64,000 nt of DNA from Acidimicrobiia bacterium (GCA_041394025.1 JAWKJA010000002.1:979178-1043177), one strand, 5' to 3'. Shown: positions 1 to 9,400, counted from the stretch's first letter. Notes: generated from the letters alone by a model not told the origin. Made by a program: numbers and translations.

Positions 1-935
1 TCCGCCGCATCATGCTGACGTCCCTCGCCCCGGCCCGGATCCGCAGCGCGGAGCCCTACATCCGAGATCTGGCGGCGAAGACCGTCGACGCCTTCGCGGG
101 CACCGGGCACGCCGACCTCGTGGAGGACCTGGCAGTCCCTCTCCCCTCCACCGTCATCACGCACATGCTGGGTGTACCGGAGTCCGACCGGGAGCAGTTC
201 CACGCCTGGACGGCCGACATGGTCGAGGACAAGGCGACCTCGGAGGGTGGGCGACGTCAGCGTGCCGAAGTCGAGGAGGCCTTCGACGCGTACATCCAGG
301 ATCAGATCGACCAGCGACGGGCGATGGACGAACCACCCGAGGACATCATCTCGACGATGATGACCGAGGAACTGTCGAACGGGACGTACCTGACGGACCA
401 GGAGATCGTCACACAGGTCCGGTTCGCGTTGATGGCCGGCAACGAGACGACCACCAACCTGACGGCCAATCTCCTCTACGAGCTGATCCGCGAGCCGGAG
501 CGCTACGAGCGCGTCCGCAACGATCGCGATCTGATCCCCATCGCCATCGAGGAGTCACTACGCCACGACTCCCCCGTTCAGCTGATGATGCGGACAGCCA
601 CCGGAGACACGGAGCTCGCCGGGTGTCCGATCTCCGAGAAGGAGCGCGTCATCCTCAGTATGGGCTCGGCGAACCGTGACACCGACGTGTTCGGGCCCGA
701 TGCCGACCAGTTCAACCTCGACCGTGGGCTCGTGAAGAACCACCTGGCATTCGGGTTGGGTGCGCATCTCTGCATCGGGGCGCCACTCGCACGCCTCCAG
801 GTGACGATCGCTCTCGAGGCACTGCTCGACCGCGTCGCGGACCCCCGGATCGCCGACGACTTCGTCTACGAGAAGGTCCGGTTCTTCGGATTCCGGGCGC
901 CACAGCACCTTCCGGTGACCTTCACGCCGAGCTGA
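1..935 (+). CDS. Cytochrome P450, 5'-truncated by the window edge
   Basis: The frame is open to position 1 (track ORF 12..935). It carries the heme-thiolate loop FGLGAHLCIGAPLA, an ESLRHD (EXXR-like) motif and an AGNETT I-helix motif. Confidence 0.9.
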   Translation, partial: RRIMLTSLAPARIRSAEPYIRDLAAKTVDAFAGTGHADLVEDLAVPLPSTVITHMLGVPESDREQFHAWTADMVEDKATSEGGRRQRAEVEEAFDAYIQDQIDQRRAMDEPPEDIISTMMTEELSNGTYLTDQEIVTQVRFALMAGNETTTNLTANLLYELIREPERYERVRNDRDLIPIAIEESLRHDSPVQLMMRTATGDTELAGCPISEKERVILSMGSANRDTDVFGPDADQFNLDRGLVKNHLAFGLGAHLCIGAPLARLQVTIALEALLDRVADPRIADDFVYEKVRFFGFRAPQHLPVTFTPS

Positions 936-938
936 ATG

Positions 939-1154
939 TCAGGCGATCTTCTCGCCGTCCTTCACGACACTGATGGCGAAGTTGGGGCACCGACGCGCCG
1001 CCTCGAGGATCTTGTCCTCGGGCTCACCGTTCACGTCGGTGACGTAGGCGATGCCGTTGTTGTCCTCGTCGTTCGAAAAGACGCCCGGGGCGTAGAACGA
1101 GCACTCGCGCGCGCTCATGCAGGCTGCTTCGTCGATCGTCACTTCCAGAGCCAC
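939..1154 (-). CDS. Small 3Fe-4S-type ferredoxin (71 aa), a likely P450 redox partner
   Basis: C-terminal part of track ORF 939..1397. An in-frame GTG at 1154 is preceded by GAGGAGG. The cysteine pattern is CMSAREC...CP (Cx5C...CP). It is convergent with the P450 at 1..935. Confidence 0.8.
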   Translation of the reverse strand: MALEVTIDEAACMSARECSFYAPGVFSNDEDNNGIAYVTDVNGEPEDKILEAARRCPNFAISVVKDGEKIA

Positions 1155-1185
1155 TGTGTCCTCCTCGGGAGGTTCGGGTACGCGG

Positions 1186-1980
1186 TCAGGGTGTCCACTC
1201 GGGGTCGCGCTTCTCGGCGAAGGCGCGTGGACCCTCCTGGAAGTCGGGATGGCCCCAATGTGCGCGGAGGAGGTCCCAGCCGTGTTGGAGCGCGTCGTCG
1301 AGCGGGCGCTCGTACGAGTCCCACAGGGCCCGGCGGCTGGCGGCGATGGCCGCCGGTGAGCCCGCGGCGAACTTCTTCGCCAGCTCGATCGCAGCATCTC
1401 GCAGTCGACGACGCGGGACGACCTCGGTGACCAGTCCGAGTTCGTACGCGCGGGCGGCGTCGATGCGCTCGTGGCGGCCCGCGAGCACCATTCTCAGCGC
1501 AGCGCCGAGAGGTATCCGACGCGCGAGCATGACCGACTCGAGAGCACTCACCTGGCCGACGCTGACGTGCGGGTCGAGGAAGGTCGCCTCCTCTGCGGCG
1601 ATCGCCACGTCGCAGTCGAGGACGAAATGGAGCCCCCCTCCGGCGCACACACCGTTGACGGCGCAGATCGTGGGCTTCGAGATCCGGTTCTGCAGCGGTG
1701 TCAGGCGGTTGGACCTGGTGACATCGGGATGCTGCTGCGCTTCGGCGAGCTCACCGGCTTCGGCAAGAGCCTTCACGTCGGCTCCCACGCAGAACGCCCG
1801 GTCGCCGGTCGCTGTGACCACCGCGACCCGCTGGTGCGGATCGGCGTCGAAGGCGGGCCAGAACCGCTCGAACTCGGCCATCATCGTGCTGTTGATGGCA
1901 TTCATCCGCTCGGGTCGGTTGATCGTGACGATCGTGACCGGGCCGTCCCGCTCCTCGGTGAACGTCTCCCAATCCGGCAC
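1186..1980 (-). CDS. Enoyl-CoA hydratase/isomerase (crotonase) family protein
   Basis: 264 aa with ITINRPERMNAI and FCVGADVKAL crotonase signatures. GTG start at 1980. Confidence 0.85.
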   Translation of the reverse strand: MPDWETFTEERDGPVTIVTINRPERMNAINSTMMAEFERFWPAFDADPHQRVAVVTATGDRAFCVGADVKALAEAGELAEAQQHPDVTRSNRLTPLQNRISKPTICAVNGVCAGGGLHFVLDCDVAIAAEEATFLDPHVSVGQVSALESVMLARRIPLGAALRMVLAGRHERIDAARAYELGLVTEVVPRRRLRDAAIELAKKFAAGSPAAIAASRRALWDSYERPLDDALQHGWDLLRAHWGHPDFQEGPRAFAEKRDPEWTP

Positions 1981-2104
1981 CTGTCACCCTCTCGACCCTC
2001 GGTACGCGCTCGATCCTGCGAACGCGCGCAAGGCTTTCACAATCCCGCAACCTCATCGGTACACTACCCCGACCACCACCGACCACCGCGGGGACGCCCC
2101 ATCC

Positions 2105-3175
2105 ATGGAATACCAGTTCACGGCCGAGCAGGAGGAGCTGCGCAGCATCGTCCGCTCCCTGCTCGAGGACCGTGGGCGACCGCGCGAGAGCTACGACGGC
2201 GGTCCGGCGCTCGACGCGACCACCTGGTCGGCGCTCGCGGAGCTCGGCCTCTGCGGCCTCGGCGTCGACGAGGACTGGGGAGGAAGCGGTGGAACGCTCC
2301 TCGACCAGCTGATCGTGGTCGAGGAGATCGGCCGCGCCGCCGCCGCACTCCCGTTCACCTCCTCGACGGTCGTCTCCCTGCCGCTCGTGGCCGCGCTCGC
2401 CACGGATGACCAGCTGGCCGGCGTTCTCCCGGCCGCCTCGTCGGGATCGCTGACCCTCTCCACAGTGCTCACGGGCGAGGGAACGGGCAACAGGCACGAC
2501 GTCGTCACACACGTCGGCGGGAAGCTCACGGGGACGCTGTCGCTCGTTCCTGACGGCGCCTCTTGCGGACTGCTCCTCGTCCCGTGCGACGGAGCCGTGT
2601 TCGCCGTACGAATCGATTCCGACGGGGTGATCGTCACCGACGAGCCGACGCTCGACCGAACACGGCGTGCCGCCACGATCGTGCTCGACGGCGCCGCCGG
2701 TGAGCGCCTCGATTCCGGCAACGTCGAGCGGGCGCTGCAGGGCGCTCGACGCCGCGCTCTCGTGTCGCTGGCCGCCGACGCCACCGGCAGCGCCGGCCGC
2801 GCCCTCGAGATGTCAGTTGACTACGCCAAGGAGCGTGAGCAGTTCGGCACGGTCATCGGCACGTTCCAGGCCGTGAAGCACCGTGTCGCCGACATGCTCG
2901 TCGACCTCGAGAATGCCCGGTCCGCGACGATGTTCGGGGCGTGGGCCGTGGCCGGGGACGCCCCCGACGCCGATGTCGCCGCGGCCGTCGCCAAGGCGGC
3001 CGCCACCGAGCGGGCCGTTCACGTCGTCGGATCCGCGATCCAGGTCCACGGTGGTATCGCCATCACCTGGGAGCACGACCTGCATCTCCTGCTCCGGCGG
3101 GTGAAGTCGTGTGAGATCGCCTTCGGCGAGCCGTCCCTGCACCTCGAGAACGTGGCAGCCGAGCTCCTCGGCTGA
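2105..3175 (+). CDS. Acyl-CoA dehydrogenase family protein
   Basis: ATG at 2105 within track ORF 1346..3175. MEYQFTAEQEELR N-terminus, and YAKEREQFG..IGTFQAVKH plus QVHGGIAITWEHDLHL C-terminal ACAD motifs. Confidence 0.8.
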   Translation: MEYQFTAEQEELRSIVRSLLEDRGRPRESYDGGPALDATTWSALAELGLCGLGVDEDWGGSGGTLLDQLIVVEEIGRAAAALPFTSSTVVSLPLVAALATDDQLAGVLPAASSGSLTLSTVLTGEGTGNRHDVVTHVGGKLTGTLSLVPDGASCGLLLVPCDGAVFAVRIDSDGVIVTDEPTLDRTRRAATIVLDGAAGERLDSGNVERALQGARRRALVSLAADATGSAGRALEMSVDYAKEREQFGTVIGTFQAVKHRVADMLVDLENARSATMFGAWAVAGDAPDADVAAAVAKAAATERAVHVVGSAIQVHGGIAITWEHDLHLLLRRVKSCEIAFGEPSLHLENVAAELLG

Positions 3176-3195
3176 CCTCCGGACCCAGCAGACCC

Positions 3196-4200
3196 ATGAG
3201 CCCTGTCCCTGTCGTCTACGACACCGACGGTGGCGTCGACGACTGCTCCGCGCTCTGGTACGGGCTCGTGTCGAGTGAGATCGACATCGTCGGCGTCACG
3301 TCGGTGCACGGTGTCGTGTCGGCCCAGCAGGCCGCGGCCAACGTCGCAAAGGTCCTCGTCGCAGCGGACCGCACCGACATCCCGTACGCCGTGGGCGCCG
3401 AAGAGCCGATCGGTCCCCGACCAGGGTTCCCCGAGGCGGCGCTCATGCACGGCGAGGACGGTCTCGGCAACGCCGGACCGCCCGACGTCGACCTCGCTCC
3501 GACCGAGGAGACAGGCGCCGAGCTGATCGTGCGGCTGGCCAAGGAGCGCCCCGGCGAGTTGACCCTGGTGGCGGTCGGCCCGTTCACCAACGTCGCCCTG
3601 GCGCTTCGACTCGAGCCATCGCTCCCCGACCTCCTGGGCGACCTGGTGATCATGGGCGGCGCCGCGAGGCCACCCGGCAACGCCACTCCGCTGGGCGAGT
3701 TCAACGTCGTGTTCGACCCCGTCGCCTCCAACCAGATGGTTCTCGCCGGATGGCAGAGCCCCCCGCTGATGGTCGGTCTCGACGTCACGATGTCGGCCAC
3801 CATGGGCGACGCCGAGTTCGACGCCATGAACGAGCGGGCGACTCCCCAGGCTCGGTTCATGGCCGACCCGTTCGTTCTCTACCGCCAACTGAGCGCGATC
3901 GAAACCGGCGACGGGACCTGTCCGTCCCACGACACGCTGACGATGATGGCCGTCGAGCAACCCGACGTCGTCTCGGCGACCGAACTGCCGCTCGTGGTCG
4001 ACACGGGCGGCGATGCGGCGTTCGGCATGACGGTGGTCGACTTCCGCGCCGAGTGGCTGGACAAGGGGCTCGTTCCCGAGGAGTTCAGGGACATGGCGAT
4101 CGAGCAGTTCTACGGAGGGAAGGCGAAGTGGCGCATCGCCCTCGATGTCGACGTGGAACAGTTCCGGGCCTCGATCCGGCGCTTCTACTCCGGGGGCTGA
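3196..4200 (+). CDS. Nucleoside hydrolase (inosine/uridine-preferring, IUNH family)
   Basis: 334 aa. N-terminal VVYDTDGGVDDCSAL (DxDxxxDD Ca-binding motif). LVAVGPFTNVALAL and EFNVVFDP motifs. Confidence 0.85.
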   Translation: MSPVPVVYDTDGGVDDCSALWYGLVSSEIDIVGVTSVHGVVSAQQAAANVAKVLVAADRTDIPYAVGAEEPIGPRPGFPEAALMHGEDGLGNAGPPDVDLAPTEETGAELIVRLAKERPGELTLVAVGPFTNVALALRLEPSLPDLLGDLVIMGGAARPPGNATPLGEFNVVFDPVASNQMVLAGWQSPPLMVGLDVTMSATMGDAEFDAMNERATPQARFMADPFVLYRQLSAIETGDGTCPSHDTLTMMAVEQPDVVSATELPLVVDTGGDAAFGMTVVDFRAEWLDKGLVPEEFRDMAIEQFYGGKAKWRIALDVDVEQFRASIRRFYSGG

Positions 4201-4218
4201 CACCGGAGGCTGACGGTC

Positions 4219-4998
4219 CTACTTCGGCGGCATCCTGATGCCGCCGTCGAGGCGGATGGTCTCGGCGTTGAGATAGGGGTTGGTGAGGCACTCCATCACC
4301 GCGAACGCCAGCTCCTCGGCCGTGCCGAGGCGCTTCGGGAACGGGACCGACTCGCCGAGGTGCGCCTTGAACGCCTCGGAAGCCTCGCCTTCCCCGTAGA
4401 TCGGCGTGTCGATCAGGCCGGGGGCGATCGTGTTCACGCGGACACCCACGGCACTGAGGTCCCGCGCGATCGGCAGCGTCATGCCGACGACTCCGCCTTT
4501 GGAGGCGGAGTACGCGGCCTGTCCGATCTGTCCATCGAAGGCGGCAGCGGACGCCATGTTCACGACAGCCCCCCGGGTTCCGTCGGCGTCGACAGGCTCG
4601 GTGGCAGCCATGGCGGCGGCGGCGCGGCTCAGCATGTTGAAGGAGCCGATGAGGTTGATGCGCACGACCCGCGAGAACTCGTCGAGGTCCAGCGGTTGGT
4701 TGTTACGGTCGATCGTGCGGCCCGCGGATCCGATTCCGGCCGAGTTCACGAGCGCCCGCAGCGGGCCCATCTCGGAGGCGGCGTCGACCGCCGCCTGGGC
4801 GTCCTCGGTGGACGACACGTCACAGCGGACGAAGAGCCCTCCCAGCTCTGACGCCACCGCCGAGCCCTTGTCGTCGTCGAGATCGGCGATGACGACGCGT
4901 GATCCGGCGTCGGTGAGCTGGCGTGCGCTCGCCTCCCCGATACCCGACGCCCCGCCGGTGATGACGGCGGAGCTACCTGTCAGATCCATGCGCGGCAT
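4219..4998 (-). CDS. Short-chain dehydrogenase/reductase, 3-hydroxyacyl-CoA dehydrogenase type-2-like
   Basis: ATG at 4998 preceded by GGAGG, within track ORF 4219..5379. ITGGASGIG Rossmann motif and YSASKGGV catalytic YxxxK. Confidence 0.85.
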   Translation of the reverse strand: MPRMDLTGSSAVITGGASGIGEASARQLTDAGSRVVIADLDDDKGSAVASELGGLFVRCDVSSTEDAQAAVDAASEMGPLRALVNSAGIGSAGRTIDRNNQPLDLDEFSRVVRINLIGSFNMLSRAAAAMAATEPVDADGTRGAVVNMASAAAFDGQIGQAAYSASKGGVVGMTLPIARDLSAVGVRVNTIAPGLIDTPIYGEGEASEAFKAHLGESVPFPKRLGTAEELAFAVMECLTNPYLNAETIRLDGGIRMPPK

Positions 4999-5080
4999 TG
5001 GTCCTCCATCCACGACGCGGAGTGTGGATGATACGCATGGACACCGCATCTGACCGTGTCGACGGCCTGAGCGAATCCGA

Positions 5081-5389
5081 TCAGCAGCCGGTCGAGTCCC
5101 TGAGGCGCAGGCAGCTCTCCTCGATTCGTGCCGGACCGAGGACAGAGACGCGCCGGCGAAAGGCGCTCCGCGGAAGTGTGTGGATGTTGTCGAAGTTGAC
5201 GACGCAGTCGGTCGGGACACCGTCGTCCGACGCCGTGAGGACGAGCTCGGACACCAGGTTGCGGCGTGTGCGGGTGAGCGCCGCGACCACGACGAATCCG
5301 ATCGACTCGGCCACGGGATCTCGTGTGAGCACGAAGACCGGTCGGTCACCTCCGGGTGTCGAGGCGAACCACACCTCACCCCTCCGCAT
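5081..5389 (-). CDS. mazF: MazF/PemK-family type II toxin (endoribonuclease)
   Basis: 102 aa. MRRGEVWFASTPGGDRPVFVLTRDP...VVNFDNIHTLPR is typical of actinobacterial MazF toxins. Its start overlaps the upstream antitoxin gene by 14 nt. Confidence 0.85.
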   Translation of the reverse strand: MRRGEVWFASTPGGDRPVFVLTRDPVAESIGFVVVAALTRTRRNLVSELVLTASDDGVPTDCVVNFDNIHTLPRSAFRRRVSVLGPARIEESCLRLRDSTGC

Positions 5390-5627
5390 CGGCCCAGTCC
5401 GACCAGTCGTCTGCCGGACCCCAGCCGGCGACCTCGCTCAACGCCCGTTCATCGTCGGTGACAGGGGACTCGCCGTAGCGACGAGCGTCGGACACCGACT
5501 TCAGTTCCACGAGACGCCGATGCAACGCGTCGCGCAGGAGCTCGGAGCGGTCGATCCCCAGATGGTCGGCCCACCAGCGCATCTCGGCCGCTTCCTCGTC
5601 GTCGACCCGGAAGCTGAGCATTGTCAT
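5376..5627 (-). CDS. Type II antitoxin, ribbon-helix-helix-like N-terminus with an acidic C-terminal tail
   Basis: 83 aa. LSFRVDDEEAAEMRWWADHLGIDRSELLRDAL resembles an RHH fold. It lies immediately upstream of, and overlaps, mazF. Confidence 0.7.
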   Translation of the reverse strand: MTMLSFRVDDEEAAEMRWWADHLGIDRSELLRDALHRRLVELKSVSDARRYGESPVTDDERALSEVAGWGPADDWSDWADAEG

Positions 5628-5650
5628 ACAGAAATGGTATCTCGTATGAC
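5623..5650 (-). promoter_or_regulatory. Inverted repeat GTCATAC-N14-GTATGAC overlapping the antitoxin start codon; candidate autoregulatory operator
   Basis: The arms at 5623-5629 and 5644-5650 are exact reverse complements. The antitoxin ATG (5625-5627) lies inside one arm. Confidence 0.4.
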
Positions 5651-5688
5651 GATCGCCACCCGAGCATTCGGGGCTCGGTGGTCGGGGC

Positions 5689-6465
5689 TCAGAGGTCGTA
5701 CGCCCTGCGGATGGCCTTCCAGGTGAGGTTGGGAGCGTAGCGACGCGCCCGGTACATGGCTGTCGACCCCCGGCCCGGGAAGAAGAAGAGCTTGCCGGCC
5801 TCGAGAGCAGGCTCGATGCCGTCGATCACGTCGGAGGGCTGGAGGGTCGTCTTCATCTCGCGCGTCTTCGGGGGTACGGCGCCTTCCTCGATGAACACGT
5901 CGAGCATGGGGGTGTCGACCTGGGGCGGGCAGACGCAGAGCACGCGGATCCCGTGCGGCTTCATCTCGCGAGCCAGCACCTCGGTGTACGCGACCGCAGC
6001 GAACTTCGAGGCGTTGTAGGAGGCCATCCCGGGCGCGGGAAGCCACCCGGCGAGGGAGGCCAGGTTCACGATCTCACCGCCTCCGCGCTCGACCATCAGC
6101 GGCGCCACGGCCGCACACACGTGCACCATGCCGAAGTAGTTGACGTCCATGACCTTGTGGAACGTCTCGAGCGGAGTATCGAGGATCGGGCCGCCGGAGC
6201 CGATCCCGGCGATGTTGCAGAGACGACCGACCGGACCGTGTTCGGATTCCACGTTCTCGACGACATCGGCAACGGCGCCGGCGTCGGTGATGTCACACTC
6301 GTACGGCGTGACCGACGGTTCCTCGGCCGCCAGGCTCGCCAGACCCTCGGCATCGACGTCGACCGCCGCGATCGAGCGACCCGGACCGGACAGTCGTTGC
6401 GCGGCGAGACGCCCCATGCCGCTGGCCGCTCCTGTGACCAGGGCAACCCGTCCTGTGAATGCCAT
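5689..6465 (-). CDS. Short-chain dehydrogenase/reductase
   Basis: 258 aa. VTGAASGMG Rossmann motif and YNASKFA YxxxK. ATG preceded by GGAGTGAG. Confidence 0.85.
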   Translation of the reverse strand: MAFTGRVALVTGAASGMGRLAAQRLSGPGRSIAAVDVDAEGLASLAAEEPSVTPYECDITDAGAVADVVENVESEHGPVGRLCNIAGIGSGGPILDTPLETFHKVMDVNYFGMVHVCAAVAPLMVERGGGEIVNLASLAGWLPAPGMASYNASKFAAVAYTEVLAREMKPHGIRVLCVCPPQVDTPMLDVFIEEGAVPPKTREMKTTLQPSDVIDGIEPALEAGKLFFFPGRGSTAMYRARRYAPNLTWKAIRRAYDL

Positions 6466-6534
6466 CTCAGCTCACTCCGTTCCTCGGTTCTGCGGTCCTT
6501 CGGGGGTTCTCGCCGGCCGTGACCCCGGCACCGC

Positions 6535-7161
6535 TCAGCGCGTCCCGTAGAGACGATCACCGGCGTCGCCGAGTCCGGGCACGATGTAGCCGTCCTCGTT
6601 GAGCTGCCGATCCAGCGCGGCGGCGACGACGTGGACGTCGCGATGATCGGCAGCGACGCGTTCCACGCCTTCGGGTGCCGCAACGAGACAGATCACGGTG
6701 ATCCGCCCGGCGCCGCCTTCCTTGAGGAGCCCGCATGCCGCGGAGGTGGAACCTCCCGTCGCCAACATCGGGTCGATGAGCAGCACTCGACGTTGCTCGA
6801 GGTCGGCGGGGAACTTGGCGTAGTACTCGACCGGTTCGAGGGTCTCCTCGTCGCGGTACAGGCCCACGAACCCGACCCGTGCGACAGGGATCAGATCGAG
6901 GACGGCGTCGAGCATGCCGAGGCCGGCACGGAACACCGGCACCACGGCCAGCTTCTTGCCGCTGACCTTCCGTTGGGTGGTGCGCGCCAGCGGCGTCTCG
7001 ACCTCGATGGGCTCGGTCCCGAGGTCACGGGTCGCCTCGTACGTGAGGAGCGCTGCCAGTTCGGCGACGAGGTGGCGGAACTCCTTGGTCGTCGTCCTCC
7101 GATCACGCAGGAGCGCGAGCTTGTGGGCGACCAGGGGATGCTCGACGACGGTCAGCGGCAC
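6535..7161 (-). CDS. upp: Uracil phosphoribosyltransferase
   Basis: 208 aa. VVEHPLVAHKLALLRD N-terminus, LLIDPMLATGGS PRPP motif and YIVPGLGDAGDR C-terminus. Confidence 0.9.
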   Translation of the reverse strand: MPLTVVEHPLVAHKLALLRDRRTTTKEFRHLVAELAALLTYEATRDLGTEPIEVETPLARTTQRKVSGKKLAVVPVFRAGLGMLDAVLDLIPVARVGFVGLYRDEETLEPVEYYAKFPADLEQRRVLLIDPMLATGGSTSAACGLLKEGGAGRITVICLVAAPEGVERVAADHRDVHVVAAALDRQLNEDGYIVPGLGDAGDRLYGTR

Positions 7162-7167
7162 AGCTTC

Positions 7168-7647
7168 TCAGTCCTCCCACATGTGGTCGACTCCGATGTC
7201 CTCGTTCCACAACTCGGGGTGCTCGGTGACGAAGTCCGTCATCAGCGCCACACATTCATCGTCCCCGGCGTGGACGATCTCGACGCCGGCCGCGGCCAGG
7301 AGGTGCTCAGGCCCCGCGAAGGTCTCGCGCTCACCGATCACGACTCGTCCGATCCCGTACAGGAGGATGGCGCCCGTACACATGTGGCACGGCGAGAGCG
7401 TCGTGTACATCGTGGACCGCCGGTAGACCGTAGCGGGCCGTCGGCCGGCGTCTTCGAGAGCGTCGGTTTCGCCGTGGCGGATGGCGCTGCCCATCTGGAC
7501 GCGGCGGTTGCGTCCGGACCCCAGCACCTCGCCGTCCGCCACGAGTGCCGCGCCGATGGGCACACCACCCTCGTCGCGGCTGAGGCGCGCCTGGGCGATC
7601 GCCACCTCCAGATGCTCCCGGTCCTCCGCCGTCAATTCGTCATTCAT
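7168..7647 (-). CDS. Cytosine deaminase, CDA-fold (yeast Fcy1-like)
   Basis: 159 aa. HGE...PCHMCTGAI zinc motifs, and a C-terminal EHPELWNEDIG resembling the Fcy1 tail. It lies 6 nt upstream of upp. Confidence 0.8.
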   Translation of the reverse strand: MNDELTAEDREHLEVAIAQARLSRDEGGVPIGAALVADGEVLGSGRNRRVQMGSAIRHGETDALEDAGRRPATVYRRSTMYTTLSPCHMCTGAILLYGIGRVVIGERETFAGPEHLLAAAGVEIVHAGDDECVALMTDFVTEHPELWNEDIGVDHMWED

Positions 7648-8549
7648 GCGCCTGCACCCACGGCAGCGGCGCCGCGACGGAACGGCCGTCCGCCTGGGAC
7701 GCGGGGACTCAAGAAGTCGACGAGGAGCTCGGTGACCCTCGCGGGCTGCTCTTCCATCAGAAAGTGACCCGCCTCGAGGATCTCGACGTCAGCCTGGTGT
7801 AGATCCGCCGTGATGCGCTTCCATCCCTCGTCGCCCAGTGCCCAGTCGCGTGTTCCCCACACCACCAGGGCCGGCATGTCGAGGCGCACGTCGCCCACCT
7901 CGCGTTCTCGTCGTCGCCGGTTGTGCGACAGGAGCCGATAGCCGGCGAGAATCGCCCGGCGGGACTCCGGCGAGCCACATCCCTCGAGGTACGCATCGAT
8001 GTCCGCCTCTTCAAAGGTCTCCGGGTCGACGCTGTTTCCGCGTAGAGCGCGGGCCAACCCGGAGCGGTTCCCCAGCATGGCCTTCATGAACGACCTCCCG
8101 AGGAGCGGCGCCTGGAGTATCGACAGGTAGTACGACGACACCATGTCGTAGCGGTGGAAGCTCGTCGAGAGCGCAGCCAACCGGTCCACCCGGTCTGGAT
8201 TCCGCAGCGCCCACTCGAACATGACGACACCACCCATGTCGTGGCCGACGATCGCCGTCCCGTCGACCTGCTCGGCGGCGAGCACCGCATCGAGGTCGTC
8301 CGCGTATCCCTTCCACGAGTAGTCGGCGCCGGGCGAACGGTCGGAGCCACCCACCCCGCGCAGATCGGGAACGATCACGCGGTGGCCGGCATCCACCAGG
8401 CCCGGAACGACATGCCGCCACGCGCGCCGAGTCTCGGGCCAGCCATGGAGCAGGATGACGGGCGGCCCGTCCCCCGCGACACCGTAGGCGAGCCTGCCCA
8501 GTCTCCAGGTCGCGCGACCGGCGAGCGCACCCTCGGGGTGAGGGGGCAC
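7644..8549 (-). CDS. Alpha/beta hydrolase, epoxide hydrolase/dehalogenase-like with an Asp nucleophile
   Basis: ILLHGWPETRRAWRHV and GHDMGG motifs. The start is taken as the in-frame GTG at 8549, which overlaps the upstream stop (TAGTG). Its stop overlaps the next start (ATGA). The exact start is uncertain. Confidence 0.75.
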   Translation of the reverse strand: MPPHPEGALAGRATWRLGRLAYGVAGDGPPVILLHGWPETRRAWRHVVPGLVDAGHRVIVPDLRGVGGSDRSPGADYSWKGYADDLDAVLAAEQVDGTAIVGHDMGGVVMFEWALRNPDRVDRLAALSTSFHRYDMVSSYYLSILQAPLLGRSFMKAMLGNRSGLARALRGNSVDPETFEEADIDAYLEGCGSPESRRAILAGYRLLSHNRRRREREVGDVRLDMPALVVWGTRDWALGDEGWKRITADLHQADVEILEAGHFLMEEQPARVTELLVDFLSPRVPGGRPFRRGAAAVGAGA

Positions 8550-9346
8550 TACGGCTCCTGGATCTCGGGGATGTACATGCCCGCGTGCTGACCGCCGTCG
8601 ACGACGAGCGCGTGGCCCGTGATGAAGCTGGCCTCGTCGGACGCGAGGTACACGAAGGCATCGGCAATCTCGCGGGGCTCGGCCAGTCGGCCCTCGAACG
8701 GAACGATCGCCTTGATCTTCTCCTCGAACATCTCGACGACCTCGGGACCGAGCATCTCGATGGTGGCCGTCGCCATGGGCGTGCGGGTTCCGCCGGGGCA
8801 GACGCAGTTGACGCGAATCCCGTGACCGGAGTGATCCAGGGCGAGGGACTGCGTCATGTTGACGACGGCGGCCTTGGCGGCGCTGTAGGCGGCCTGGCCG
8901 GTGCAGCCCCACAGGCCGCCGACCGACGCCGTGAAGAGGATCGATCCCCCTCCCGACTCGCGGATGGCGGGAATCGCCGCCTTCGAGCAGAGGAAGCCAC
9001 CCTTCACGTTCACGTCGAAGACGAGGTCCCAGTCCTCCTCGGGCATGGCCACCACGCTGCCCGTTCGCTCCACTCCGGCGTTGTTCACGAGGACGTGGAG
9101 ACCGCCGTGTGCCTCGACGGCCGCGTCCACCATCACCACAGCGTCGTCGGCCACCGATACGTCGCCTGTACACGCAACGGCTGCACCGCCGCCCGACACG
9201 ATCTCGTCGACCGTTGCGAATGCCGCCTCACCGTCGACGTCCGCCACCGTCACCGACGCACCCTCCTCGGCGAAGCGTCGGGCGGTGGCCGCGCCGATTC
9301 CCGATCCCGCACCGGTCACCAACGCCGACCTGCCGGCGAGCCTCAT
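8549..9346 (-). CDS. Short-chain dehydrogenase/reductase (3-oxoacyl-ACP reductase-like)
   Basis: 265 aa. VTGAGSGIG, NNAG and YSAAKAAV motifs. AGGAGG precedes the ATG at 9346. Confidence 0.85.
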   Translation of the reverse strand: MRLAGRSALVTGAGSGIGAATARRFAEEGASVTVADVDGEAAFATVDEIVSGGGAAVACTGDVSVADDAVVMVDAAVEAHGGLHVLVNNAGVERTGSVVAMPEEDWDLVFDVNVKGGFLCSKAAIPAIRESGGGSILFTASVGGLWGCTGQAAYSAAKAAVVNMTQSLALDHSGHGIRVNCVCPGGTRTPMATATIEMLGPEVVEMFEEKIKAIVPFEGRLAEPREIADAFVYLASDEASFITGHALVVDGGQHAGMYIPEIQEP

Positions 9347-9373
9347 GTGTTCCTCCTGTCCTGGCCGCCCGTC

Positions 9374-9400
9374 GAATCCGTTAGATAGGCTGACGGATTC
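9374..9400. promoter_or_regulatory. Inverted repeat GAATCCGT-N11-ACGGATTC in a divergent promoter region
   Basis: Exact 8-bp arms at 9374-9381 and 9393-9400, between the SDR (minus strand) and E1-alpha (plus strand). It contains the 10-mer ATCCGTTAGA, which is also found at 33956-33965. Confidence 0.35.

Noticed and set aside
5081-5627. The toxin-antitoxin pair, considered as a marker of a mobile or horizontally acquired island.
   Set aside because: There are no flanking direct repeats, integrase or tRNA, and no visible shift in composition or codon style relative to the neighbours.
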